From positions 868,001-932,000 of the forward strand of contig NC_045696.1 in NCBI RefSeq assembly GCF_009834535.1: a stretch of 64,000 nt of DNA. The letters are read 5' to 3'. A program made the position numbers and the translations under genes. The stretch comes from Camelus ferus. Lineage: Eukaryota. This document shows, piece after piece, positions 1 to 13,029 of this stretch. The stretch's first letter is position 1; each line of letters opens with the position of its first letter. The notes under the pieces were generated by a model. It had not been told where the DNA came from. It saw only the letters and a list, made by a program, of their open reading frames with translations, and made no database searches.

Positions 1-2319
1 TCACATCAGATCTGGTGGACGCCATCTGTCCCCATCCCACCCTCCTCCCTTCCCAGCCCGCAGACAAGAGGAAGCGTTTCGCTCCAGTGCACGGCATTTC
101 CTTGGGTCTCCTGTCACAGGCCCTCTCCAAACCACTGGAGAAAATGGAAAGCGGCCCGGTTTCCTGAAAGTGGCTTTGCCAGGGGTACCTGCCGTCTGAG
201 CGTCGTAGGGTTTACCAGTGACGGAGCAAAGGAGTAACGAGCACGGGGTGGGGGAGGGGGGCTCTGGACTCTGCCCTGGTGTTGACTTCGGTCTCCTCGC
301 CGATAAAGCCAGATAATCAGAGGCCCAGGAGACCGTGGGGACCAGTGAGGCTCTCGTGCCTGGAGCACAGAAAACGCAAGGCCACCTTGTCGCACTCGCC
401 ATCTTTCACAGGAAGACGCCGCCACCCCTAGCCCACTCTGCAGACGCTTAAACGGCCTGAACCCGACTCCGGGGCCAGGCAAGCCAGCTCAGGAGACCCA
501 GCCCCGACAGGTGAAGAAGCAGCACAGACAGGGACAGCGACTGAGCCCAGGTGCCAGGCCATAGGGCGACCGGTGGGGATGGAAGCAGAACCAGCCCCTG
601 GATCCCCCAGCAGACTCCACCAGCCCAGGTGGGGTCCTGCTGGAAAGTTCTCTTCCCATGACTTGTGCTCACGCTCTGCCAGATTTTAACACAGTGGATG
701 CCAAGCAGCGGTCCCTGCCCGGCGACCGGGACAGCTGCTCTCCAGCTGTGCCCAGCCCTGCTGGCTGCAGCCCAAGGCCCCGGCTCCGCAGACGGCAGCC
801 TCTTCAGCAGCGTGTCGGACCCAGAGCTGGGCAAGATCACCATGTGTCCTCAGTTACAGGGCAGACAAAGCTGCAGGGTCACAGCCTTGTGCCCTGAAAC
901 AGCCAGCTCTCGATAAAGACGAAGGGCTGCCCGGAAGACCTCTGTCCAGCTCAGGGCTAGGAGCCTGTCCCTGGTCACCCCTCACTCCAAAGAGAAGTGC
1001 ACGGCGTGTGCACTGACTCAAAGGGTACAAGCTGTTATGCACCCAGCCTTCTGGAGGAAGTCCTGAATGAGCAGAGACTGTGTTTAACCAGAGAGGCAGA
1101 AGCATCCTTGGCCCTGTGACCATGCAGTGCATCCCCAGGGTGGGAAACCTCAGGTTGCCTTTGGCCAGAGCTGAAGGTGGGTGCTGCCCTCCACACCTGG
1201 GCACACTAACCCACTCCCTCCAGAGCAGCGGCTGAGCTGCTGGCGTGTACCGTGGAACCTTGGTAAACAAAGCGTACAGAGAAGCTGGCTCCTGCTTGTC
1301 TAAACGTGTGCCTAGAGGCCACTCATCCTCCACCCCACACACTGTCCCTGGCCCCACGGGCAGTCCCACAGCTCCACATCCATCACTGCCCCTGCACGCG
1401 GGGCCGCCAGACAGCCTGGCCACAGGCAGCCGGCAGGGGGAGGAAGATGAGTCATCCGGTGAAAAGCCGTCAGCCCCTTCATGCCAGGCTGCTCTGGGAG
1501 CACGGCGCTCCCCAGCGTCTCCAGGAGCGGACAGAAGACCAGAGGAGCCCAGAATGAACTCGAGTCCTCCAAAATGGAAGAAGCCAAGAGAAGGAAGGAA
1601 GGAAGCAAACGGGAGCCTTGGGGCCTGCGTGGACCAGTCTGGGTGGTACCCACGCACCGGGCCCCTCTCTGTGCCCCAGGAGAGGTGCCAGGCCTGTGAA
1701 ACACCCGGCGGAATAAAGAGCCAGTCAGAACCTGGGGAGGCGGGGGAGCAACGGAGCCAGGCGACACCATCTGGAGGCCCTGGCAATGCTCTCGAGGGCA
1801 GGAAGCCGCCAGGTGAGCTCCCCCTCGACGAGCCGGAACGTCCTGACCTCACAGCAATGGGCTCCACGTCTAACCAGCAACCACCCCTGCGAGGTCCCTC
1901 CCTCCCGGCCGCAGTCCTCTCCTCCTCACGCTGCACACCCTCATCCTTGCTGCGGCAGCCAGCCGGCTGTCCCCCGCCCGTCCCTCTGCCGTGACCACAG
2001 AGCTGTGACTGCCCTGGGGCTGCTGCAGAGGAGACCGTGTGGCCCAGCCACCCTACCACCCCACTAGCAGACGTCTAGTCCGTGTAACGCCACCAGTGTT
2101 CACCTGGCCCCGCATAACACTGTTAGTACACAGCACCGTGACAGTTGGCAGAACGCGGGCTTCTAACCCTTAAAAGGCAGTGGCTGGACCCCCATCGCAG
2201 CCCTTCTTCCCACCAGCTGACTCACTTCAGCTAGAGGTCAAGACCACAGAGCGAAGTGGGACCACAGAGTGGCAGGACACCCAGCGTCCCGGGGGCATTT
2301 CCCCCTTGGGTATGACGCA

Positions 2320-2445
2320 GAAACTCACCCTACCCCACCCTCACCCTAGTCCTAACCTTCACTGTAACGGATGTGCACACTAACCCCGTCTTAGTACTAA
2401 CCTTAACTCCAGCTCTAACACACTACTAACCCTTACTCAAGCCCA
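2320..2445 (+). repeat. Degenerate hexameric CTAACC/CCCTCA-like low-complexity tract
   Basis: Recurrent ctaacc, ctcacc and ctaccc units with about 6-nt periodicity; no perfect (CCCTAA)n run. Confidence 0.5.
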
Positions 2446-4170
2446 AACAAAATTTCGAAAGGTACTGCAGTTGGAGGGCATTAAAAAGTATCAAGAAGCT
2501 ATAGATCTTACAAGGTTTATTCCAAGAATCAACACCTGGAGTCTCACCAGTGGAATTCTCTACATTGAGAGATGAAAGGAGACAACCCTGGGACCATCTC
2601 AAGAGCAGCAATGAACATTCAGTAAGATGCAGCTCTTATTTTTGATTTCAAAAAACAAGCAACAGTCAAGCACTGGAAGGAAACTTGTGTAGCCGGGTGA
2701 AGACCACGTACCAGACAGCCGCCGCGGCGAGCACACGCGGGCTGAAAGCGCTTGGGGCGAGTCAGCACCAAGGCAATTCAGTCCAGAACCTACAGCAACG
2801 AGAAGCATGGCTGTGCGCAAACACGTAAAAATTGAAGTATCAGAGAAACGGCACAGGGAAAATCCCAAATACAGTAAGTAGAGAATATAAACAAGTTAGG
2901 AAAGAGCTCAGAAGAGAAAACGTACAGCAAGAAAGCTGTAAAGCGTCACTGAAGGCTGGTAACAGAAGAAACCAAGAGACAGCGCCTCCCTCTGTTGGAA
3001 GCTGAATTCTGCTAGAACATCAGCTGTTCACAAGTTAAGCTATAGGTCTGATCCGTTTGAGATGAAATGCCAATCTGATTAACTTTTCAAGTTGAAGATC
3101 ACCCTAGTTTCATCCAGAGATAGAGCAGCCAAGAACAGCCAGGTTTTTTTACATACTGGGATCGTCAGATAAATATACCATAAAACTAAAATAATTCAAA
3201 AAGTAGCAGCACAAGAACGAACAGAGCAACTGAAGGACGCGGGAGCAGGCGCTGGTGTGGACGACAGCTCTGCGTAAGCTGCACGTACAGGGCGCGAGCA
3301 GCTGCCCCAGGCGTCGGGAAGAGGAAGCATTTTTCAACAAGTTGTGTTTTCAGTCTTTGTGAGACAAAGTAACTTACATGTTCCCCTAATAACATACATC
3401 AAACTAACCCCAAGTGGGTTACACAGCCGATGCCAAAGGAAAAGCAGCAAAGAAAACGCAAGCGGCCACCCCGCACTGCAGGGCGAGGAAGGGTTTCCGA
3501 ACGCAAACACCAGAGGAGACATCACATAGGGAAATTCTGAGGTAGGGGCCCAAAGCGCCCACGTCCGATTAAAGGAGAATGACTGTCTGCTGGGGGCCAC
3601 GTCTGTCCCCAACACCACGCTGAATGTCTTCAGTGAAACAGGAGCGCTGACACACGAGGAGGGCGCACGGGCTCTGGCGGAAGGGTCCCCCGCCTGTGCC
3701 AGACTCTGTCCACACGGGAGATGCGGGGAGTTCTGGCGTTTTGCGGGGACAGGAGCCCCACATTTTGGGAGGACAGGAGCCCTGGCACTGCATGCTGCCC
3801 TCATCCGCCAGCTCGAGGGCAGGCTGGCAGCTGCGCAGACGCCTCTTTAACATGTCCCTCGGTGTCCCTCTCCTCTGACCAGGGAGCCCGCGTGGACCAA
3901 GACTGCAGTACGGCCTCGGCACGAGCGGGAGCCGACTTAAGCAAAAGGATGCCGACCTCACGGCCACTGACATCAGTCACAGATTTGGAGAAAACCCAAA
4001 TGTATTTAACAAAAAGGGAATGATTTAAGAAAATAATACCTACATCCATGTAGTGGAAACTACACAACCCTTTAAAAGCAGTGCTCCCAGTCACGTGGCA
4101 CACTTTGCAGCGTACTACCCAATTTAAAAGGGGAACTGAAGCGTGTGCGTATCTTGACCCCAGAGGCCAA
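2446..4170 (+). mobile_element. Highly diverged L1 ORF2 to 3' remnant (old L1M/L1ME type)
   Basis: ggtttattccaagaat...gaccatctcaa and aagttaagctataggtctgatcc align with recalled L1 ORF2 segments; 3'-end-like text at 3980-4160. Confidence 0.6.
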
Positions 4171-4639
4171 GTCTGGAGTAGAACATACCAAACTGCCCGC
4201 AGCAGAGCCTCGGCCCCCCACCCACGGCCCCGGGCACCAGCCGTCAGCAGGGTCCTCCCGGGGTGCCGAGAAGGAGCTGTGACAGCAGAGTGAAGGCCCA
4301 CGTGCCGGGGGCGGGGGCAGCGGCAGGTGACACACACAAACGTGGAAAACCAGGCAAGCAAAGCCGGAGAAGGGCCTCAGCTCAAGAAGAGGGGGCTCTA
4401 CGGGCCTGAAGCCGCAGAGGCCAGCTCCCCAAGGACAGAGGCCTTCCACCAGATTCGGCAGAGGTGGCGGAGGCTGCGGGCAGAGGCCCCGCGGCAGGCG
4501 GAGCCCCGCTGGGGAGGGCAGATGGCCTGGCAGAAGCACAGCCGGGGGAGCGGAGGGGCCCTGCTTTCCAATTTTTTTTTTTTGTAAAGTAGAATTTTCT
4601 ACATAACTTTGTAATTTATATTTTTAACAAAATTATAAG

Positions 4640-4711
4640 CACAACATTGTAAACTGACTATACTTCAATAAAATATAGATATATATACAAGAAAAACAAA
4701 CAAAAAACCCC
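4640..4711 (+). mobile_element. Ultra-short young L1 3' tail insertion
   Basis: caacattgtaaactgactatacttcaataaaa plus an A-rich tail, flanked by aaattataa at 4630-4638 and 4712-4720. Same tail motif as at 17535-17560. Confidence 0.7.
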
Positions 4712-6799
4712 AAATTATAAATGTAATGGTTTTAGGAGTCCCAGAGCCCCACAAAGCTGATGGTGCAAACAGTATAGCACCCCCCAACCCAGCCCCGCCC
4801 GCCCCCAGCCCCCACCCCATCCCGGCAGTGTTGATCTTCGCCCTCTTTCCTCTTATCTCTGAGGTTCTGGCAACAGGCTCTGAGCCTCTGCGATTTTATG
4901 CACCATCTCCTAGCTTCCTCCCACAAACTCGGGAATTAACCCTCCTCCCCACCCTGTACCCCCCTCTCCCCTCCCCCGCGCAGAGGTCCACAGGGTGTCC
5001 AGGGTTCTGGGTGTGAACAGGGTAGGGCTGGGGTCACAATGCTCCAAAACCCACTGAGTGTGGCCCTGCTTTCTCTTTAGGACAGCCCCCCTGCCATGCC
5101 CGCAGGCCCCTGACCCACCCACGAGGGAGGCCCTCTGTGCCCGGCCAGGGTGGGGAGGGGTCTGTCAAGGCGCGGGCACAGGGCTGGGTGTCTGATTGTT
5201 CCTTAACAAGCTTCCCACCAATTTCCTATCTCAGCTTTTCTCCTTGAAATGAGCTGAGACGGAAAGCTGATTACATTAGAAACCTGAGGAAGAAAGATCA
5301 GATGTACAAGGAAGGCTTCACATAAAAGCAAACCCACTAGGGGTCTGGGCGGGGCTGGGGCCCCCCAGGCCCTTGGGCGGTCTTCAGGGCTGCGTGGTCT
5401 CCCCGGCAAGAGGACACGGCGTGCTAGCGTGGTGCAGAGGGACAGTGTGGGACAGAAGAAGCTATGGGGGTTTGTGAGAAGGAGATTTCAGGGTGACCCT
5501 GTGAAGCGCAGGCTGACGGTGGGGGGTCACCAAGGACAGTCTCATCCACACGGCCCTCCTGTCTGCACTCACTGTCGCTGAGTTTCAGAGTTCTTTTCCA
5601 TGTTTTCCAAATTTTCCAGTTGTGCAGTAAAAGTAGTTATCGTGATGCAGGGGGGGGCGGACATAAAAAGCAAATAATCAATTCAGTATTACCAAGAATA
5701 AAAGACCCCAAAGTCAATAAAAATCTCAGCAAATTTCGCTATCGTTTGTTAGTTTCCTGATCTGCATGTAGTCGCAGGCCCCGGCTTGAGCCGGGTGAGG
5801 GGTGGGCTCTGCCCTGACCGAGCTGTGGGGCCCTGGGAGCCCGAGTCCCCACAGAACAGAGCAGGGATCAGGACACCCACCTGCGTGTCAGCACCGCACA
5901 AAAGCTGGGGGAGGCCTGTCTGCGGCTCCACCACGAAAGACTGCCCTTCTCCACTCTCAGGAAGCGTGGAAAGTTCTCGAAGACGTGAAAATGGAAAACC
6001 AAGTTCTTCCAAAGCCACCATCTCCCCTGGGAAACATCCACCGCAGATGAGTTCCACGGGTTCGTCACACCCACCCCCGGCCCCCCAAGGAAGACACTGC
6101 AGGGTTCCACCAGGATTACCAATGCAAGCAGACTCATTTCTGTTTCCACCAGCTCAGTGCTCCTAACAGCTCCCTCCCCACCCGCAGAAGAGGCACGGGT
6201 GCCCTGTAAATAGCTTGCTGGCTCCCTTAACCAAGCCCTCAGGAATCCCAGAACCTTCCCCCCGTCCTTCAGAATCACTGTCTTGGGGCTCAGCGGCCCG
6301 CGTGCCTCGGGCCTTCTCTGGTGCCCACAGTCGAGCTGGCACACGCAGACAGGGGGAGCAGCTCTGGGCCCGCCCGCCCGCCCCACCCATGCATGTCGGT
6401 TTACCCCCGGAACTGCAGGCCAGGGCAAGCCCCTGCCCCCTGTCTGCCAGGGGAGGGACATGGACACCACCAGCGTCCCGGGAGAGAGGCCCAGCACACA
6501 CAGGGGGCTGTTTACGTGCCTGAGTTCCAGAGGCCCTTCCCTCGGGACTTCTGTGGAAATGAGACCCAGGTCAGCACGATTACAAAGCTGGTCCCAGGCC
6601 AGGAGGGATTCGGATGTCTTCTAAGAAGTGGGTACTGTTACAGCTTTAGTTTGTAAAAAGAATCCGCAAGGAGAGAAAAAAGATGACCTGGCTTCCCGCT
6701 CCCACACTCAGTCCTCATCCCCGCACTGAGACACGACCCTCCAGGCCCCTGGCACGTCCCCTGCGGCCCTCGTCTCCCGGCCCCGCCTTTCCACTCCCC

Positions 6800-7155
6800 G
6801 CCCCCCACCCCCCAGGCACCCCCGGCCCCTGGCTGCCCCGTGAGCACGCCAGACACATGGCCCAGGGCCTCTGCTCCGGGCTCCTTCAGCCTCCACCCTG
6901 CACCCGCCACAGGCTCGCTCCCGCGCCTCCTTCAAGCTCTGCTCAGATGCCTGCTCCCCACCCATTCCAAACTGCACCCGCCTCCTCCAGCCCTGCCCAG
7001 CAAGCGTCACCACCTGACACACTGTGTGACACACTGTGTGACACACTGGCTTACTGCTCCTATGTTCTGTCACCCCCACAAGGTGACACGAACTAATGGA
7101 AGCGGGGTTCCAGGCCCATCACAAGCATTCTTAAATATTTGCTGAATGAACGAAA
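6800..7155 (+). mobile_element. L2 3' end remnant
   Basis: Terminal gcattcttaaatatttgctgaatgaacgaa matches the L2 3' terminus; the 5' limit is approximate. Confidence 0.55.
7015..7048 (+). repeat. 12-bp tandem repeat tgacacactgtg, about 2.8 copies
   Basis: Directly visible in sequence. Confidence 0.9.
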
Positions 7156-7794
7156 GAGCAGTTAAGGGCTTTGTTCAGGCAACTTGCTAACTAAGAACTC
7201 CTCTCTTCAAGTGTCCATCGGCCCCGTCACCACCGTCCCCAAGGGCCCGGGTGCACGTGCTCTCTGACGCCTTGCCACCGTGGCTCATGTCTCCTGAGGG
7301 GGCGGCTGGCGACTCCGGAAGGTCACCATGGTGCTTGTAGGGCTCTGCGACCAGGGCCGGCTGAGCCGTGACCCCACGGCAGCCCCTCAGGGCTGCGGTC
7401 GAGACCACCGGGGAGGACAGACACCGAGTCCAGAGCCCACATCCCACGGCTAGGGCAGCTCCCGCTTCCCCTGCCGTCGTGAAGTGGACTCAGGCTCAAG
7501 AGGTCAGAGGCCTTGGCTCAGACCCCCACCCCTCCCCTGACAAGCACAGAGATGTCGTCGCCTCCCCAAGCCGTGAACCACGGGTCGAAGGACCACCCCC
7601 ACCCTGCGGGCGCTGTGCGGTGAGGGGGAGTCGGGTGTGAGATGCGCAGACCAGCAGAGCCAGCACGAAGCAGGCGCCCCCACCGTGACCACATCCGTCC
7701 TCCACGCAAGACTGCCGCGCGCGTATAAAGAAAGATCGTTCACAAGCTTTGGAAAAACGAAGGCATCTTAAGGATAAATTTAAAAGGAATAATT

Positions 7795-7804
7795 TCAAGG
7801 TGCT
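7795..7804 (-). CDS. Coding part of probable terminal exon: (R)AP-stop, followed by presumed 3' UTR
   Basis: Acceptor ctccggttttgcag|A GCA CCT TGA completes the phase-2 codon left by the previous exon. No canonical polyA signal seen nearby. Confidence 0.45.
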
Positions 7805-8207
7805 CTGCAAAACCGGAGTCACAGCCACAAAGGGGTGTCCACAGGGCCTGGACACACACTGTCACAGCCACAGGGCGTACTTGTCACTGCCCGGCTGATG
7901 GGCACTGCTGGAACAGGGGACACGCTGACAGCTCGTCCTCAGGCCCTGCTGGACGGTTTAGTCAGGTTAACTCTGAAGAAGAAAGGTTAACCAACGAGGA
8001 GGAAACCCTCTTTTTAAACACTGCTTCTGCGGAAGCCAGAAGGTAACCGGTGCGTGTCACTGACACCGCTGTTGCACCTTGACCTGTGACAGGTCCCTCA
8101 TGTGACATAAAACCAGGCCACAGGAGAGTCAGAAAGACACAGGGCTTCATACGAAAGCAAGACTTTAAAAATCAACTGACGCAGAAAGAATTGATTTAAA
8201 GGCATAC

Positions 8208-8278
8208 CTCTCTAAGGGCAGAGTGAGAGGCACCACCAACATGGAACCCTGTGAAAAATCTTCTTTCTGTAGACAGCC
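8208..8278 (-). CDS. Internal coding exon (71 nt): GCLQKEDFSQGSMLVVPLTLPLE(R)
   Basis: Strong acceptor ttttatttttttaacctgtttacag and donor GAG|gtatgc. Phase-0 start matches the 21.5-kb exon. Confidence 0.7.
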
Positions 8279-9329
8279 CTGTAAACAGGTTAAAAAAATA
8301 AAATTATAACTGGAAATCATAGGTAGAAAATAACCCAAAGAATGATCTATCACCTTAGATGTCAAACTTACCCAAATAAAGTAATTCATTTAACGAATAC
8401 AGTCATAACCAGTTATTTGGAAGGGCAGAGGCAGTTTCCAAGGAAAAGAAGTCCATGGAAGGTGCTGGGACTGCCCTGAGTCTGGAACTTAAAAGATACT
8501 GACAAACACCCCGAGCCCAGACTCTCCTGATTGGAGCCCACGGTGCTAAACCCGAGGGAAGCCTGGGGCAGTGCTGACTCCCCAGTCCCTTTCAGTCTGT
8601 GGGGAGCAGTGAGGGGGAGGCAGGGCCCCACCCAGATGCCCACCCCTGTGGTCCCAGCTCCAAGTCTGAGGAGCGCCCTGCCGAGCACCATGAGCCGGCC
8701 CGGGCAGACCTAAGGGGCCGCTGGGCGGCAGCCCGAGCCCCTGTCCAGCGCGGGCTGAAGACCAGGGAGAAGGCGCCCATGGGCAGCCACGGCAGGAGAG
8801 GAGGAAGCAGGCTGGCCCTCTAGCTGCAAACAACGGAAACACAGAGAAAGGACGCCAGACAAAGGAGCGCTGACCCTGGACGACAAGCAGCACAGGACAA
8901 TGACCCCGAGGGAGGGACACCCGGGGTGCGTCCTGGCTGCCCAGCCGACAGCTCGGGGGGCGTCTCAGCCCAGGGAGGGGGAACCCAGGAAAGCCAGGGG
9001 AGGCCTGAGATGGGAAAACAGCTGAGACTCAAGGAGGCCACAGCACCTGGAATTAGCAGGGCAGAGTGGCAGGAAGGAGACGGCTGGGAAATGGCCCAGG
9101 CCCCGGTTGGCGCGGGCTCGCTTGACTCTTCACCGGGACACTGGTCAGCAGGCGGGAGTGAGCGAGCCGCCTGAGGCCAGGGGAGGTGCCAGCAGAAGGA
9201 AGCAGGACAAAGGGTGGCTGTGATCACCACGGCTCCAGGAACAGACCACACTCTCAAAACGCAGACGAGGGAACCTGTGACACAGGGGCCACCGGGCTGG
9301 GCACTCGGGAGAGCAGAGCCTCAGTGGCA

Positions 9330-11080
9330 GGGCCACATCAGCACCAGACTAAACCAGGTGCTGCCTCTCAGTGCTGACAACACACCACCAAAGGGCCTAA
9401 GCTTCCCGAGTAACTGAACTACATTCCAAAAAGAAAGTTCAAAATATTTAAAAGAATACAGAACCCAACAACATAAAATCACACTGTCTTTCATCCACTT
9501 AAAAAATACCAGGCATGCAAAGAAGCATGAGAATATACCTCATAATGAGGATAGTTGATCAGTAAGAAAACCTCCAGAAATCACACATGGAAATGATTAG
9601 TCCATAAGGTCCTTAAATCAGCAATTACAAGCACGGTGCACATGTTCAAGACAGAGGCAAGCACAACAAGCCAGGAGAGACTTGAGAAGCATTAAAAATA
9701 GACTCATATCAAGTATCTAGAGATGAAAAATATATCTGAGATGAAGAATACACTAGATGGCATTAACATCACACTAGACACTAGAAAAAGCAAAATCAGT
9801 CAACGTGCAGGCAAAATAATCTGCACAGACAAATGGTCTGAAATGACACAGGGAAAGAGAGACTCCCTCTTCAAAAAAAAAAAAAACCAGAAATATTTGT
9901 GTAACTGGACACTCAGTGGGGAGAACAGGATGGGACGAAAACAATGACAAAAAATTTTAAAACTTATGAACCCATAAATCCAAGACGGTCAGCAATCCCC
10001 AAGCAGGAGAAAACAGGAAGGAAATCAAGCAAAGGAACATGATAACCACCTAACCCAAAGGAGCAAACCTTAAAAGCAGCCGAAGAAAAAAGAAACATGG
10101 TGCACAGAGGGGCAGACAGACATGGTGGACAAAGACTTCCCAGAAACAGCGCAAGCCAAAGCCAACGGAATGACGTCTCTAAAGTAACAACGGGAAGAAC
10201 AGTCAGCCTGAGTTACCATTTACAGTGAAAATAACTTCCAAATACAAAGGCCAAATGAAGACTTTTTCTAACAAGCAAAAGCTAAAATAATTCATCACTG
10301 GCACTTTTAAACTACAAATAATATTAAAGTAGGTCCATCATACAAAAGAAAAATAATATCAGAAGGAAATCTAAATCTACAAAAAGAAATGAAAAACAGA
10401 AAATTCATGAATAAATACAACAGCTTTTTAAATTTTAAAGACTGTTTTAAAAGATATGGACTATTTAAAGCAAAGAATGTTCACAGTGTATTGTGGGGCT
10501 TACAGCAGTGTGGAGGCAAAGCGGCGTGAACAATGACACGGGCCGGGGGAAGCGAGGCGGACGGGCACTGCTGTGAGGCTTACACTCTACGGGAACTGGG
10601 CTGACGCTACTTGAAGACAATGAATCCCAAAGAAACTTCTAAAAACAAAGAGAGATAGCTAATAAGCGAGGAAAGGTGATAAACTTGACCATAAAAAGTA
10701 CTCGGTCCAAATAAGGCAAAAGAGAGATAGAGAAAATCTAATAGCAAATGGGACAAATAGAAAACCAATAGCAAAATGATGGTTAAACTCAATCATATCA
10801 ATAATCACATTAAATACAAATGATCTAAAACATCCTAATTACAATACAGAGACGTCAAGATTGGATAAAAAACAGGACGTCACCATACACCATTTATAGG
10901 AAACTCACTTTACATGTAAAGATAAAATAGGTTAAAGTAAAGGGGATGGGAAAGATGTCCTAATCCTAATCAAAGGAAAGCTGGAAGGGCTACGTTAACT
11001 TCAGATAAAGTAGGTTTCAGAGCAAGGAGTATTATCAGACGTGAAAGAGGACATTACATGATAATAAAGGGGTCAGAACA
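9330..11080 (+). mobile_element. Old L1: ORF1 remnant and ORF2 endonuclease start
   Basis: ORF 9723..9947 (MKNISEMKNTLDGIN...) is ORF1-like. 10790-11075 carries degenerate endonuclease motifs (ITLN.N.L, ETHF, LKVKGW, KAG, HYMIIKG). Confidence 0.85.
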
Positions 11081-11179
11081 ACTAGTTAGACCGTGAAGGA
11101 TACAGCACACTCAAACAACACTGTCCCCCCAGGACAGCGGACATGTCTAGAGCCCTCCACACAGTAACACTCCACATAC

Positions 11180-11855
11180 ACTCAAGTGTTGGTGAGGATG
11201 TGGAGAAAAGGGCACCTTCATACATGACTGGTGTGAAAGTAAAACTGTGCCGCCTCTGGAAAACAGACTGCCAGTTCCTCAAAACGTTAAACACAGAATT
11301 ATCATATGACCCAGCCATTCCACACCTAGGTATTCACCCAAAAGAACTGAAAAGAGAAAATCAGATACTTGTTTACAGCATCATTATTCACAATAGCCAA
11401 AATGAGGAAACATCACAAAGGTCCATCAACAAATGAATGGATAAGCTAATTGTAATCTGTCCACACAACGGAATATTCCGCAGCCGTAAAAAGCAATGAA
11501 GGGTTGATATATGCTCCAACTCAGAGGAACCTTGAACACGCGATGCTCAGTGAAAGAAGCCAGACAGAAAAGGTCACATTCCGTAGGATTCCATTTATGT
11601 GAAATATCCAGATTAGGTAAATCCACGGAGACAGAAAGTAGCTAAGTGGTGTCCAGGCGATGGGGAAAGGGCAGAGAGGCGAGTGATTACCTAATGGGTG
11701 TGAGATGTTCCTCTGGGTGATAAAAAAAAAGAAAATCTCAGACTTTGAAAAAAAGTCCAAGACTGGGTGGCAGGCTGCACAGCTTTGAACACACGGAGTG
11801 GTGCACTTCCAAATGATTCGTGCGTGTTATGCGAATTTCACTTCCGTGAAAAGAA
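11180..11855 (+). mobile_element. L1 3' end (L1MB-like) nested in the older L1
   Basis: aagtgttggtgaggatgtggagaaa...tatgacccagccattccacacctagg...gaaagaagccagacag; ORF2 C-terminal motif YDPAIPHLGIHPKE. Confidence 0.85.
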
Positions 11856-11859
11856 CAAA

Positions 11860-12650
11860 TACAGCATAATAAGGAATGTTAGGAACTACTGCATGCCAAT
11901 AAACTTAACAACTTAGGTGCAGTTCTCAGAAGAATAAAGCTATCAAAACTCACTCAAGAAAAATCAGATCACCCTATATATTCAAGTTAAAAACCTTCCC
12001 AACAAAGAAGGAGCCAGTCAAGATGGCTTCAATGGAAGAAGTACTCAAGGAAGAAATAATACTAATTCTTTACTAACTTATCCTGGAAACTGAATACGAG
12101 ACCACTTCCCAACTCATTCTACAAGGCAAGCGTTAACCTGATACCAAAACCAAAAAGATACTACCAGTAAGCACATCAAAATTCCTCATAAATATAGATG
12201 CAAAAGTTCTTAAATTTTAGCATATACAATCCTACAATATATGAAAGTATATCGCAACAAAGTGAATTTCAATGCAGAAATGCAAATGACTTTATACTAA
12301 AAAAAAAATCAATATATAAGCAGACCTCATTTTATCACACTTCACTTTATTACGCACCACAGAGATTGCGTTTTTCACAAATTGAAGGTTTGTGCAACCC
12401 GAGTGAAGCAAATTTATCTGCGCCATTTTTCCAAAAGCATTTGCTCACTTCCCGCATCTGTGTCACATTTTGGTCATTCTGGCACTATTTCAAACCCTCC
12501 AGCAGCACAAAGATTACAACTCAAATACGCAAAGAACTCTCAAACTCAACAAGAAAACAAACCATCTAATTTTTTTTTAATGGGCGAAATATTCAATCAG
12601 ATCCTTCACCAAAGAAAGCATGTGGTTGGCATATAAGCACACAGAAAGAT
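11860..12650 (+). mobile_element. L1 ORF2 fragments resuming, interrupted by Tigger1
   Basis: cttcccaactcattctacaaggcaagcgttaacctgataccaaaacc encodes the RT-region motif LPNSFY.AS..LIPKP. Confidence 0.75.
12316..12523 (+). mobile_element. Internally deleted Tigger1 derivative (Tigger1a_Art-like), partial
   Basis: gcagacctcattttatcacacttcactttatt...aaattgaaggtttgtgcaaccc...gtcacattttggt matches the Tigger1 terminal region and is joined to ccctccagcagcacaaagattacaactc. Confidence 0.8.
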
Positions 12651-13029
12651 GGGCTGGTGGGAAAGAGGAAAGTATGTTGTCCGGACCCACCAGGACCTGG
12701 CACAGGACTGGAGTGTGCATGCAGGTCCAAATCCTGAATTCGGAGGGGGAGAAATCTAGAACAGGGCCAGACCTCCCAGAGGGGGACAGTGCTCAGGGAC
12801 AGGCAGCCCAGGGGTGGGAAGGGTGATGCAGTGCCACACAGCCAGCGGAGCCTGGGGAGAGACACTGGATCCCATCGGGCAGCTCCAGCTGCAGGCTCCC
12901 TGGGGGTGGCCCAGGTCCTCTGCTCCCCTCTACTCACTGCACTCACTTCCCAGGGAGAGCCGCCCAGTCTGCAGCCGGAAATGTTCCTTCTGCACTGGTA
13001 ACTCCCTCAGTCCCTCCCCGACACTGTCC

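Noticed and set aside
854..2059. 401-aa minus ORF and overlapping 249-aa plus ORF (1245..1994)
   Set aside because: GC-rich DNA with long ORFs in several frames on both strands, low-complexity P/G/S/R composition, no recognisable domain and no splice support.
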